Origin: Octopus bimaculoides
Taxonomy: Eukaryota
Reading direction: 5' to 3'
NCBI RefSeq assembly: GCF_001194135.2
Contig: NC_068989.1
Span: 60,290,775 to 60,354,774 of the forward strand
DNA length: 64,000 nucleotides
Under the pieces are notes generated by a model. It did not search any database. It had not been told where the DNA came from and worked only from the letters and a program-made list of their open reading frames with translations. A program made the position numbers and the translations under genes. The stretch's first letter is position 1; the number at the start of each line of letters is the position of its first letter. Below, piece after piece: positions 13,160 through 24,992 of the stretch.

Positions 13160-16100
13160 NNNNNNNNNNNNNNNNNNNNNNNNNNNNNNNNNNNNNNNNN
13201 NNNNNNNNNNNNNNNNNNNNNNNNNNNNNNNNNNNNNNNNNNNNNNNNNNNNNNNNNNNNNNNNNNNNNNNNNNNNNNNNNNNNNNNNNNNNNNNNNNNN
13301 NNNNNNNNNNNNNNNNNNNNNNNNNNNNNNNNNNNNNNNNNNNNNNNNNNNNNNNNNNNNNNNNNNNNNNNNNNNNNNNNNNNNCATGCATACCTACGTA
13401 CATACACACACACACACACACACACACATCTACACATACATTCTATATATGTACGTGTCTGTACTTTGTAGCATTATATGAGCACATGAAAGCTGGAACA
13501 AATGCATTATTTCTCTATTTCTTTATTAACATTGTCGTATATAATTTCATATGTTCATAAATAGTTTTGATTTAACTGCATCATATGTTGTATGAAAGAC
13601 CTTTATGAAGCATATATTATTCCCTAGCTGTTTATTTATGTGATAAGATAGAGATAAGGTGGTAGACATGAAGCATTCGAAAACGCATTAGTGTCGATTA
13701 ACGAAAACTACTCTGTTTTGGACTATGGAATCTTTTCACAAACGTCGTCGTAGTGTATTATTTGAAGACACATGAAGCAAACGTAAGTCGAAGTTTATAT
13801 GGATGTGAACATTTTCAGACACACATTAAGCGTATGTATACAATCGCGTTTTGATGAAAATCTTATAGATAACTTGCTTCACAATAAGTATTAATACCTA
13901 ATGCACACCACTATATATCCATGTTGCATGACTTTGTGATATCACTAAGTGTTTCCGGTACATAATATATACAACTGTGCACTACAGATACACTTTGCAA
14001 TGAAAGTCCATATATATCTGAAAGAAATAGATTTTAAAGAGTGGTACTTGATGCTCGTAAAAATTGCCGTGTTAAAGTGATTCTACAAAAATAAGCAATT
14101 TAGTTAATGGTTTTGGAATATAAAAATAAATAACTAAATAAATAAACAAATGGAAATCGAATTGAAGTTGTTCTGTTACATCAAAATATATCAGTCTTAT
14201 TGTGAGCAGTCAACGATGTATTTCTGTTTGAAATTAAATAGTAATATCAAGACTGTTGTTATAACAATGTTACCACTCATCAAAGTGCGGACTGCGAAAT
14301 TATTTTTCATATATTTTTGTTAATTATAATTATAACTTTGAAGTTACTAACAGTTGGAATGGAAACTATATTGGTTCACTGATTAATTTGTTTATATTTC
14401 ATTTTATTTTATTCCTTATCTTATTGCAGTAATTATTAATTAGTCTTCTGAAATAAAAGGTAGGCGGTTGCAACATAATGAATATCCTTTAATTTATAAC
14501 TGTTAGCTCCTATTCATAATTTTCTATCACTTCAACCAATCGGTTCAGTTAGTAGTTTGTATCATTGCATTCCTTTATTCAAGAGTTAACCATAAATTTA
14601 AAACAATAAATCAAAGGATTATGCAAAATATGACTCTATGGCTCATAATCCATTGAATAATTCGTTTTTATGTTGTCTGTGTGGAAAGCCAGCTTTCAAG
14701 TGTTTTCATTGAAAGATTTTAACTCGGCACTCAATTCTAAAGAGCTTTATGAATTATAATCACGTACTGAGATATTCATCTATCATACTACCTATTTACA
14801 GCCAATTAAAATGTAGCTTTTGGAAGTTTCTACGATGCGTTGATAGTGGAGTGTTTAAGTCATGCATTGATAATGAAATGCTTTGGCTGTGTACTAATAA
14901 TCAAATATAGTGACAGACGTATTATTCGATAATCTGATACCTCACCAACTTGATCAGCTGTAGTTCTGGATAAAGTAAATGCATAATATGAAATAGGAAT
15001 TGTGGAAATTATTTCATTACTCTCTTCCTTTGTAAATATTTAACTCTAAAGGAAGTTGAATTTATGGTAGAATTGTAGAAGTATGAGTAATGATCAACAG
15101 GTGACATACTTTTATTTTATAGAGTAATAATGTCACACCAACCTAGATTTATGTTTTGGTAAGATATATGTCTTATTGCTTAGTTAGAATCTAACTTGAA
15201 ATTAGAAATGCTTTTCAATCATTTTTACTGATATTATTTTAAAGTTAACCATATTACGGGCGATTAGATTGTATATCAAGCCATATACTGGGTAATCCTT
15301 ATTTGGTGGAGAGGAAAAAAGGGTAATCTGACAAATGTAATTCAGTGACCTGAAAACCATATAGAAATGAAAAAATAAATATGTCAAGCAAAATTTAATA
15401 TAAAATAAAAGTAATGAGCATCAAAGCAAAACTTAGACAACCTGAAGCCTTAAATATGTTTATCATTTCTAATGTATTTGCAACAAGATTGTAAGTTAGT
15501 CATTAAGTAGAAGCAAGGCTGAATACCTCAACCCTGCCAGTCAATTTTGGATTTTATCCTCTCTCCACGGAGATTAAATATACTGCGGCAGATTCAATCA
15601 ACTCTATTGCTTCCTTGTATCGTGACAATGTACAGAAATTAATATTAATAACCTGCTGAAACTTGCGAGTTAATATAAAACACTCTTATCACTTCCTACA
15701 CAAAATAATCAGAAAATATCTGAATTCTAAACCTTAATTATTCTTATAATATGTTAAATCTCTAAATTCCTTATAGAAAATGTGTAATAAAGATTCTTGA
15801 AGAAACTTCGAGTTTAATGTATTTTATGTGTCTTTGTTTTGAACTTTATAGCGTAATTTTTGTTAACAGCAAAACGTCTAGAACTTGGGAAATATTTGCA
15901 TTATAAATATTCATGATTCTAAAACTGATTCGATAAGCATTATATATATTACAGTCACTAATTGAATGCTTTTCTGAGATTAAATTGTATATTGCACGTT
16001 CAAACTATTTATGTAAATACATGCATCTGATTAATTGTTTCTGATTAATAAGCAATAAGTAAGTACATACGCAACAACACATACACACGTAAATGCTAAC

Positions 16101-16687
16101 TTGTGATATGCAATATATTTGGTAGAGCAGATCTACAATGTAATAATAAATTCAGCGAATGTGCCAAATGTGGTAGTCTTAATTCTTGAGAAACTATATG
16201 TGTATCGCAGTCTAATAATTGCGTGTCTACTATAAACTGCGTAAATTATGTTAATACTTGTCTTAATAAAGTGAAACAAAGGGAAAATTATAAAGTAGAC
16301 TTACTTAATTTACGTTTTTTTAAAAGAATCCTTCAGGAAATATGTGCCGAAAGGTCTGAGAATGTACCTGTTGAAAGTGGGTCTTATAAGAAACTGTTGA
16401 AATGATTCGTCCATGTACAGGAAACAACTTATGTTTGTTATAACTGAGAAACATACTGACTGGAAATGAACTGGGTTAATCAAATGATGACGAAAACTTC
16501 TGATTTGAAAAATCAAAACAGACCAAAGCAGTTAACTATCTCTCTTTATGACATTGTCATAGAGATAAATAAATATTGATCGCTTCATCGATTAGGAAAA
16601 TAGTTTCCTTAATATGTATTTAACTGTTACCCAATCACGGTTGTCGGCAATGTTTCAACCTGCACTGGTGAATATTTACTGCGAGTG

Positions 16688-16732
16688 ATGTTGTTGTTAC
16701 TGCTGCTGCTGCTACTGCTGCTGCTGCTGCTG

Positions 16733-16791
<59 letters not shown>

Positions 16792-16795
16792 GCTA
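16688..16795. repeat. Compound (TGC)n/(TAC)n trinucleotide microsatellite, probably a SINE tail
   Basis: Seen directly in the sequence; abuts the SINE A 3' end at 16795. Confidence 0.95.
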
Positions 16796-16925
16796 AATGT
16801 TTCTAATTTTGGTACAAGTTCAGCAATTTTGAGGGGAGGATGTAAATCTTGACCATCGTCCACAGTAATTTACCGTTACTTTAGTTCATCGATCTTGACT
16901 TCGGCAGGATTTGAATGCAGAACAG
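16795..16925 (-). mobile_element. SINE family A fragment
   Basis: ATTTTGGTACAAG..CAGCAATTTTGAGGGGAGG...TCGGCAGGATTTGAA.CAGAAC matches other copies, with internal loss. Confidence 0.6.
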
Positions 16926-16929
16926 ATGT

Positions 16930-17760
16930 AGAAGAGGCTTCGGACGAGACAAAACACCCGAGCGGGTGATCGTCTAGCGAACTCTAAAAAGGAAAGGAGG
17001 GGGAGCGAGTGAAAATACCGATGAAACAAACCCCCAATTACTAATAGTTTGTGGGTATCAATCTGAATAACCTTGAGAACGGTACCCCCAATCACGTAAC
17101 CAAGGAGCCAGGCTAGCAATTTCAACAACCGACAGCAGCAGCTGCAACACAACAACAACAAAAGCAGCAGCGGCAACAAGAGCGAGATAAAACAACTACA
17201 GCAACCTCAAGCACTGAACCAGTGTTCACAGCAGCAGCGAGAGACACAGCAGGATCAGTAACAGAAGGAAATAAATAAAAATAAACAAAACGACAACAAC
17301 CACATCAACCACAGTAAATGGAACACTTAGATCAACATCTCACGGACTAGCCGCACAATTACACAGTTCTACGGAAAGAGAGCGAGGAATTTGATGGCAT
17401 TTGTAGATTCTAATATAAACAAAATTTTGAACTCTCATTCCCCTTATGATGTAGGAGTTTTTAGTCAAAAGGATATTTAAAGGTTCATTCAAAGGATTCG
17501 AAAAACGACCAACGCAAGGTTAGGGTAACTGACTGACTCTTCTTTTGTTTCTTTACTTCTTCCCTGAATGGCAGTTCTAAGACTAGGTTGGTGAAATGCT
17601 CATGACCTGAGAGTAGCATGGAAGCAGATTCATTATGTCTTGCTGTAGGAGCCATTTGTGAGACTCATATTTCCGAAATGCAATTGTTTGCTCTGTTTCT
17701 GGACGACTACGAAGTATACGCCTACTGCGATCGGCCTGGATCATATAGCGTCGCGAAATT
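16930..17760 (+). mobile_element. Tx1/L1-clade LINE fragment: ORF1 C-terminal region and start of the ORF2 APE endonuclease
   Basis: 17580-17750 reads (frameshifted) RLGW*NAHDLRVAWKQ / LAVGAICETHISEMQLFALFLDDYEVY..RPG, matching the APE N-terminus LGCINVRGL..DWQ...VTESRLS at 20640-20450 (-). DSNINKILNSHSPYDVG (about 17405-17460) resembles DSINYSTIKKSFPEDVG near the ORF1 end of the neighbouring element. Confidence 0.6.
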
Positions 17761-18999
17761 TCAAACTTTGTGTCTACAGTAAAATGGATTATTAGCATCA
17801 TTAAGTCTTTGATCTAGCTGAAACGTTATCGTGGCGAGCAAGTTGTTCAGTGGTGTTTCTTTTTTTTTTTTTCCTGAATCCCAAAACTACTACCCGATTT
17901 CGTTTTGATTTCAAATTTCGCCGATTCTGGCTTTTCTTTTCGCCTTTTTGGGTTCGGTGTAATAGACCATTATCCCTTCCTCCAAATTTCAGGTCTTTGT
18001 CTATAGTAAGCGCTGCAGCCTTTTCCATCAATTGAAAACAAATTGAAATGTTGTAACATTGTCTTTGAAGTAAAGAAGTTAAGACTGAAAGTGAGGTATT
18101 TATGATTTATTCTCTTTTATTTCTGTACCGGAAATGTTTCACGTTCATAAAACAGATTTTCTACAGAACATTCTAACAACACGTGTTAGTAATCCAAACT
18201 AATACTAAAATTTTAACCTGTCATTTGAATAGAAAAGGTCAAATTTGCTTCGTACGTTTGATTCGTGTAAAATAATCTCTATTATAGTTTAATCAATGCA
18301 AATATGAAAGGTAAAAGAACTGTTACTACGTCAAATAAGAAAAAAAAAAACCTGCGTCTACTCAAAAGTAACATTTTCTACGAAAGCATAACGGGTTTAA
18401 AAATACATGTGTTATCGTACGCACTCACTTCTGNNNNNNNNNNNNNNNNNNNNNNNNNNNNNNNNNNNNNNNNNNNNNNNNNNNNNNNNNNNNNNNNNNN
18501 NNNNNNNNNNNNNNNNNNNNNNNNNNNNNNNNNNNNNNNNNNNNNNNNNNNNNNNNNNNNNNNNNNNNNNNNNNNNNNNNNNNNNNNNNNNNNNNNNNNN
18601 NNNNNNNNNNNNNNNNNNNNNNNNNNNNNNNNNNNNNNNNNNNNNNNNNNNNNNNNNNNNNNNNNNNNNNNNNNNNNNNNNNNNNNNNNNNNNNNNNNNN
18701 NNNNNNNNNNNNNNNNNNNNNNNNNNNNNNNNNNNNNNNNNNNNNNNNNNNNNNNNNNNNNNNNNNNNNNNNNNNNNNNNNNNNNNNNNNNNNNNNNNNN
18801 NNNNNNNNNNNNNNNNNNNNNNNNNNNNNNNNNNNNNNNNNNNNNNNNNNNNNNNNNNNNNNNNNNNNNNNNNNNNNNNNNNNNNNNNNNNNNNNNNNNN
18901 ATTAACCATGATAAAGTGAGGGACGTGGTCGACCCCACAAACCACATTCTAACACTGAAACCGCTTTTTATGGGTTTGTGTTCTTGTTCAAACAGGTTC

Positions 19000-20640
19000 A
19001 CTCACTCTCAACATATTTGCAACAGTCTTCCATCTTTTCCGAAACAATCTGTGCGACAGGCATCTCTTCTCTAACCTTATTTTTCTTTTTCATACGAAAA
19101 GAAAAAAAGTTAAACAACCCAAAGCTGGAGAGGAAAATGCCTGTCACGATCCCTTTCACTCTCATCTTCCACACTACTTCTTTCGCGATAGCTACTACCG
19201 AGAGAAAAAAAGCCTGCTCTTCCTTATTCAGGGAAGGCAGCGGAACAATCTTAATTATAGATTCAGTCGACAGTTGTAATCTTCTTAGATATGACAATAG
19301 TTGTTCGACCTAAACACAAGTCGGCGTGGACGAAGAACCTTACCTAAGTAGTTTGTCCCGAACAGATTAGGCACCTTTGTAACACTGCCATGCCAGGAAT
19401 GTATGGAAATTGTCCATAGGCCCTGGCCCGAATGTTCTTCGGTACAGGCTGGCGAGTTGACCGTCATCGAAGCTTAGGGTTTCTCCGAGGACGTCGTCAC
19501 ACTTGAACTCTACCAACCCTCTATAGAAGGACGAAGTGGAACCCACGCCGCCAGCGTTGCCCGCTCAGGAGCGGAGCACAAGTGCCTGACGACACTCAAC
19601 CTGCCAAACTTCCAACCTCGGTCTACGCTTAATCCATGGGTCTAGTTCAGTAACAGATGTGAACCGTTGAAACAAGAGTCTTACCAACGGAGACCACACC
19701 TATCCACCGTCTAGGTAGAGCCAGAGGTGCCTAAGCCTCAGCTCATGCCTGCGCATTTTTAGCCACGGTATCTCTAGCCCACCCTTCAACGGTTGTTGGC
19801 AGCAGATAGTTCGCCTCATTAGAGCCCCCCCTGCTCCTCCACAAAAAAGCGGAAGAGCATGCATTCCAACCAGGAATTCTATTTACGCTCTCTAAGGAAT
19901 AGCGGAGAAGGTGGAGATTGTCGTGAATTGACCTGCCAGGAATGGCACATGTTTGCGCCTCCTCGATAAGTTTACTCACGACTTGCGCCAGCCTTTTTTG
20001 CTAAAGCCTTGGCTAAAATCTTCAACTTTGCGTTAAGGAGAGTGATGGGCCTGAAATTATTAATAACGTCCCCCTTGTTTGGGGACATTCTTAGCAGCGG
20101 CAGCCCCCGGCTCACAGATTTGGGAATCCAGTACTGCTGCCAGTTGGTATAGAAGCATACAATTAGGTGCCCAAACAAGTCTGGCATACTATAATACAGT
20201 TCATAGGGGAGACCGTCTATTCCAGGCGACTTGTCCCCACCGCAGTCCGATGACGCCTCCTCCACCTCCGCAGTTGTGATCGGCCCTTAATAGCACTTCG
20301 CTTCCCGCGCCGAGAGACGCAGCGAACAGGTGAGGAAGTCCACGAGGTTCTCCCCACCCTCCGGTCCACCGCCCGTCCCGAAACGCTGGGCGAAATGCTC
20401 ATGAAATACTTTGCATATCTCTCCGGGCTCGTTTACTGAAGGACCATGTTGTTCCAGATTGGCTCAGAGAAATAAATTTCTTGTAGCCGTTTAGGAGGGG
20501 TGAGAAAGCCTGCAGTCCACTCAGTCTGCTTTCAGTAACAACTATTAAATCCATTCTATGTGACCTGAGGTCGTCAAGGAGGCAGCTTTACTGCCAATCC
20601 GAACACAGGCCGCGTACATTTATACAACCTAATTGGAGCA
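19000..20640 (-). pseudogene. LINE ORF2 remnant (APE N-terminus, RT N-terminal domains, C-terminus) lacking the RT catalytic core
   Basis: LGCINVRGL..DLIVVTES; DKSPGIDGLPYELY; NFRPITLLNAKLKILAK; AIPGRSIHDNLHLLRY; LFRFLW..PLKGGL; TFGPGPMDNF..LAWQCYKGA; AKEVVWKMR. No YADD-type region is present. Confidence 0.9.
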
Positions 20641-22060
20641 AGAAGATAAAAGGAAAAACTGTTTTGGGGATAGGGAGGATGGTGGTCCCTCCTCCTTCCT
20701 TTCTTCAGGTGTAGTTTGTGGGTTTATTTTGATGAACTGCCTATACAAATGATTAGAGAAATACATTTCTAACGGGCCTACGTCCTCCGGGAATGATTTT
20801 TTGATTGTACTATAGTTTATGCTATCTATTATGTAAAACTGAACATGGGGAGGGACGACTGTATTCTCAGGTCGTCTGTATATATGTTTGCAGTGGTGAT
20901 GTTTTCAATTTTTCCTTTTAAAAGTGTGTTTTTGATATTTATTGCTGTGATATTTATGCATGATTTACGTGGTGGTAATTGGGGAGTTTGTGGGACGTGT
21001 GGTGTTCGCGGTGGTGGGTGCATGTGTGTTTGTGGGTTCGTGTGTGCTTGTGGTTGGGGCGTGTCTGTATCTGTTGAGTGTGGGGAGCTTCTTTTTCTTC
21101 TTTTGTTGTGTTAGCCGACAGTAATCCATTCTGGGTTCTCTGTATCTTTTCTGGTGGCTGCCTCTTCAGGTCGTGTCTATTTCTATTGCTTCGTGGCTGG
21201 TGGAGGCACTACGGCCCTCGCTTCCGGTGAAGTTTCCTCAGCTGTAGAGTCTTCCTTGGGTGGTGTATTTTCTTTGCCTGTTTCACATTCAGAGCGTATG
21301 TGGCCTTCTTCGCCACATTTATAGCATTTTGGTTTCCGTCCTTCCACCAAGACTCTGAGGTTTACCTCTTCTCCTATTAATATGGAGGTAGGAATCTCCT
21401 CGCGGTCAAGGTGCGGCTTGAATAATTAACTCCATTGCTTGACCAATTCAATGTTTATGATGGAATTTGGTAGATTGGAAGATAGTAATTTTATCCTCCA
21501 ATCCCAGTATTAAAGCTGCTACAAGCCAGGCTACATCTATCTCAGGTGGGATTTCTGCCACTCTTACCCTGGAAGTGCGTCTTCCAAGGTATGTCGGCAG
21601 CAGAATCACTTCTGTCGACTTAAGTGAAGCCGTAGGGTGTTGCCTGGCTTTATCTTCATTGGAGAAAAGTATTTCTACTGTCCCGAACCTTCTCCCCTTG
21701 GCTATGTATGTAGTTTCTTGCCAAATAGGGCGTAAACATTTTTCAATTGCTTCTCGTGATACAAAGTCATTTTCTTTGTTTTTTGCATGAAAGATTTTAT
21801 ATATTATTGTTTGTCTTTGTGTTGTATACGTTCACTGGGAGAGACCAATTTTATATCATGTCCCCGCTTTTGCAGTAGACCGTTGTATTTAGCCAACTCA
21901 TGTTGGTCGATTTTTAAGTCCTCTTTTACCACTGAGGCTGCAGCTGCAAAGTTAACTGTATTGTTTTTCTTCATGGTATCCTTTTCATTTCCTTTAGTTT
22001 TCATTACTTTTTCTTCCGAACGTTCCACTTGTTCAACAGGCATATTGTTCAACATGGCTT
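20630..22060 (-). pseudogene. LINE ORF1 (gag-like RNA-binding protein with CCHC zinc knuckle), disrupted
   Basis: NFAAAAS...TIIYKIF...FGTVEILF...LPTYLGRRTSRVRV...VLVEGRKPKCYKCGEEGHIRSEC; CX2CX4HX4C at 21285-21326. Several stops and frameshifts. Confidence 0.85.
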
Positions 22061-22581
22061 CTAAAAGCCTTTCAAAATGAAGCTCTTCTTCAGAGAGACA
22101 AAGACGAAGCACTCGTTATTGAAATAAAAGAGAAATTCAGTTAAGTTTCCCCCTTGAAACAAGAGGGAAAAAAAATACAAATCGGCTACAAAGCAGAAAA
22201 CTAAAGTGTTTAAAAAAAACAACAAAAAACGCATACAAACAAAAGAGTTCCACAAAACAATTCAACAATGGTGTAAAGAATTCAACAGCAACAGTAAAAA
22301 CACGTCCGACAACTCTGGTAGCCGTTTTCAAAGTGAAAATAATGTATGTTTTACTGGTTGCTTAAATAGCAAAATATTTTTTCTTAAAAGTATACATGCT
22401 AAAATATACTCAAAAAGGGGAAACATATTAATATATATATATAATTATAACTTAGGGTATCTAAGAGACACCACCACGCTGGAAATAGCAGTCAAATCTT
22501 GACTCTAAAGCCACTATAATTGTTCATATAGCACCAGGAGAGAGGACGAAGCGACAAAATAAACTAGCAAAAATTACTGGA

Positions 22582-22643
22582 TAATTCCAGATCCCGGATT
22601 TCTGGCTCTGCATAAGAAATGCTTTGCCTCATTAGTGGAATTA
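22582..22643 (-). ncRNA. Type I hammerhead ribozyme motif with core mutations, probably inactive
   Basis: Minus strand: TAATTCCA-CTAATGA-GGC(aaagcatttcttatgcaga)GCC-A-GAAA-TCCGGGA-TC-TGGAATTA. Perfect 8-bp stem I, GGC/GCC stem II, near-palindromic stem III and AUC cleavage triplet. Deviates from the consensus by G5->A and an extra A before GAAA. Confidence 0.65.
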
Positions 22644-22671
22644 CACAGAAAAGCACATAAATACAAATATT

Positions 22672-22702
<31 letters not shown>

Positions 22703-23399
22703 GACATACGGTATACTTACATATNNNNNNNNNNNNNNNNNNNNNNNNNNNNNNNNNNNNNNNNNNNNNNNNNNNNNNNNNNNNNNNNNNNNNNNNNNNN
22801 NNNNNNNNNNNNNNNNNNNNNNNNNNNNNNNNNNNNNNNNNNNNNNNNNNNNNNNNNNNNNNNNNNNNNNNNNNNNNNNNNNNNNNNNNNNNNNNNNNNN
22901 NNNNNNNNNNNNNNNNNNNNNNNNNNNNNNNNNNNNNNNNNNNNNNNNNNNNNNNNNNNNNNNNNNNNNNNNNNNNNNNNNNNNNNNNNNNNNNNNNNNN
23001 NNNNNNNNNNNNNNNNNNNNNNNNNNNNNNNNNNNNNNNNNNNNNNNNNNNNNNNNNNNNNNNNNNNNNNNNNNNNNNNNNNNNNNNNNNNNNNNNNNNN
23101 NNNNNNNNNNNNNNNNNNNNNNNNNNNNNNNNNNNNNNNNNNNNNNNNNNNNNNNNNNNNNNNNNNNNNNNNNNNNNNNNNNNNNNNNNNNNNNNNNNNN
23201 NNNNNNNNNNNNNNNNNNNNNNNNNNNNNNNNNNNNNNNNNNNNNNNNNNNNNNNNNNNNNNNNNNNNNNNNNNNNNNNNNNNNNNNNNNNNNNNNNNNN
23301 NNNNNNNNNNNNNNNNNNNNNNNNNNNNNNNNNNNNNNNTGTGTGTGTGTGTGTGTGTGTACTGGCAAAAATGTATGCGGGTGGCGAACATAGAAAATT

Positions 23400-23940
23400 C
23401 CGTCTTACCTGTAGGAAGGACATTAGATAAATGTTCATCCCAGATGTGGATAATCTATAACCTTGTTTTCGAACTTTCACTATTACTTTCTCCTTACACA
23501 AGTCCAAGTACACTCTGCAATAGCACTGAAACCATCAGTAAAAAGATGCAGAAGACCTAACAGTGGTATATGTTTCAACCTAATTGAGAGATCGGAGTTC
23601 TCTTTCAAAAAGGGTCAATGTGTTACAGGGAAAAACAACTTCACATGTGCTTCCGGAAACCTAATGTATATATTAACTTGCTCAGGGTGTCGAGAACAAT
23701 ACATAGGCCAAACCAAAAACATTCTACGCCAAAGTATGACACTACATAGATCCCAGATTAAAAGTCGGTCATACAAAAACATAGCATTCAGCGAACACAT
23801 CGACATTTGCGCCACGAACGAACAACCCAACTTCAGAATTCCACCCTCTATAAATTCAGAATCCCCCTCCCCTATAATCAGTGTGTTTGCAAAGAGTCAT
23901 GTTTTATCGCAAAATATAAACCTCCTTTGAATGCCTCCAT
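23400..23940 (+). mobile_element. Penelope-like element GIY-YIG endonuclease remnant
   Basis: ORF 23463-23930: KPSVKRCRRPN..FTCASGNLMYILTCSGCREQYIGQTKNILRQSMTLHRSQI..FSEHI, a GIY-YIG motif with PLE-type Cys residues; frameshifted end KESCFIAKYKPPLN. Confidence 0.9.
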
Positions 23941-24081
23941 CACAAATGACATTATTACAAGGGACTTAGAATAATACCCACGCAAATATTAAAAACGATA
24001 TGACCAGAACAGAACAATTCCAATCACTACAACTATAACCACAACAGATCACTTTGACCATTTATGAGCACTTCACCAACA

Positions 24082-24108
24082 GCCTTCTTCTTCTTCTTGT
24101 TCTTCTTC

Positions 24109-24158
<50 letters not shown>

Positions 24159-24196
24159 CTTCTTCTTCTTCTTCTTCTTCTTCTTCTTCTTCTTCT
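24082..24196. repeat. Compound (TTC)n/(TTG)n microsatellite abutting an assembly gap
   Basis: Seen directly in the sequence. Confidence 0.95.
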
Positions 24197-24954
24197 NNNN
24201 NNNNNNNNNNNNNNNNNNNNNNNNNNNNNNNNNNNNNNNNNNNNNNNNNNNNNNNNNNNNNNNNNNNNNNNNNNNNNNNNNNNNNNNNNNNNNNNNNNNN
24301 NNNNNNNNNNNNNNNNNNNNNNNNNNNNNNNNNNNNNNNNNNNNNNNNNNNNNNNNNNNNNNNNNNNNNNNNNNNNNNNNNNNNNNNNNNNNNNNNNNNN
24401 NNNNNNNNNNNNNNNNNNNNNNNNNNNNNNNNNNNNNNNNNNNNNNNNNNNNNNNNNNNNNNNNNNNNNNNNNNNNNNNNNNNNNNNNNNNNNNNNNNNN
24501 NNNNNNNNNNNNNNNNNNNNNNNNNNNNNNNNNNNNNNNNNNNNNNNNNNNNNNNNNNNNNNNNNNNNNNNNNNNNNNNNNNNNNNNNNNNNNNNNNNNN
24601 NNNNNNNNNNNNNNNNNNNNNNNNNNNNNNNNNNNNNNNNNNNNNNNNNNNNNNNNNNNNNNNNNNNNNNNNNNNNNNNNNNNNNNNNNNNNNNNNNNNN
24701 NNNNNNNNNNNNNNNNNNNNNNNNNNNNNNNNNNNNNNNNNNNNNNNNNNNNNNNNNNNNNNNNNNNNNNATATATATATGAATAATAATAATAAATGGA
24801 GCAAATAAATGTATATAAACAATAAGCTCCTTTAATTCCTACATATGTTTCAAAATATATATGCATCTACTCCAAAGAAGTAAGAGGTTCTGGAATTGCA
24901 CATATATTCATCGTCAGGGAACCAACATACAAAAGCAAGACAAAAGCTAAATGT

Positions 24955-24992
24955 TAAGGTTACGTACGAGTTATAACTCGTACGTAACCTTA
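24955..24992. repeat. Perfect 38-bp palindrome
   Basis: TAAGGTTACGTACGAGTTA|TAACTCGTACGTAACCTTA; the arms are exact reverse complements. Confidence 0.95.

Larger units (their letters stand above)
18901..22330 (-). mobile_element. Tx1/L1-clade LINE spanning 5'UTR, ORF1, ORF2 and 3'UTR, degenerate and internally deleted
   Basis: Collinear minus-strand remnants: T-rich 5'UTR starting near CAGAGTTGTCGGACGTGTTTT, ORF1 with zinc knuckle, APE start, RT domains 0-2, C-terminal region. The 3'UTR runs into the gap at 18900. Confidence 0.9.
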
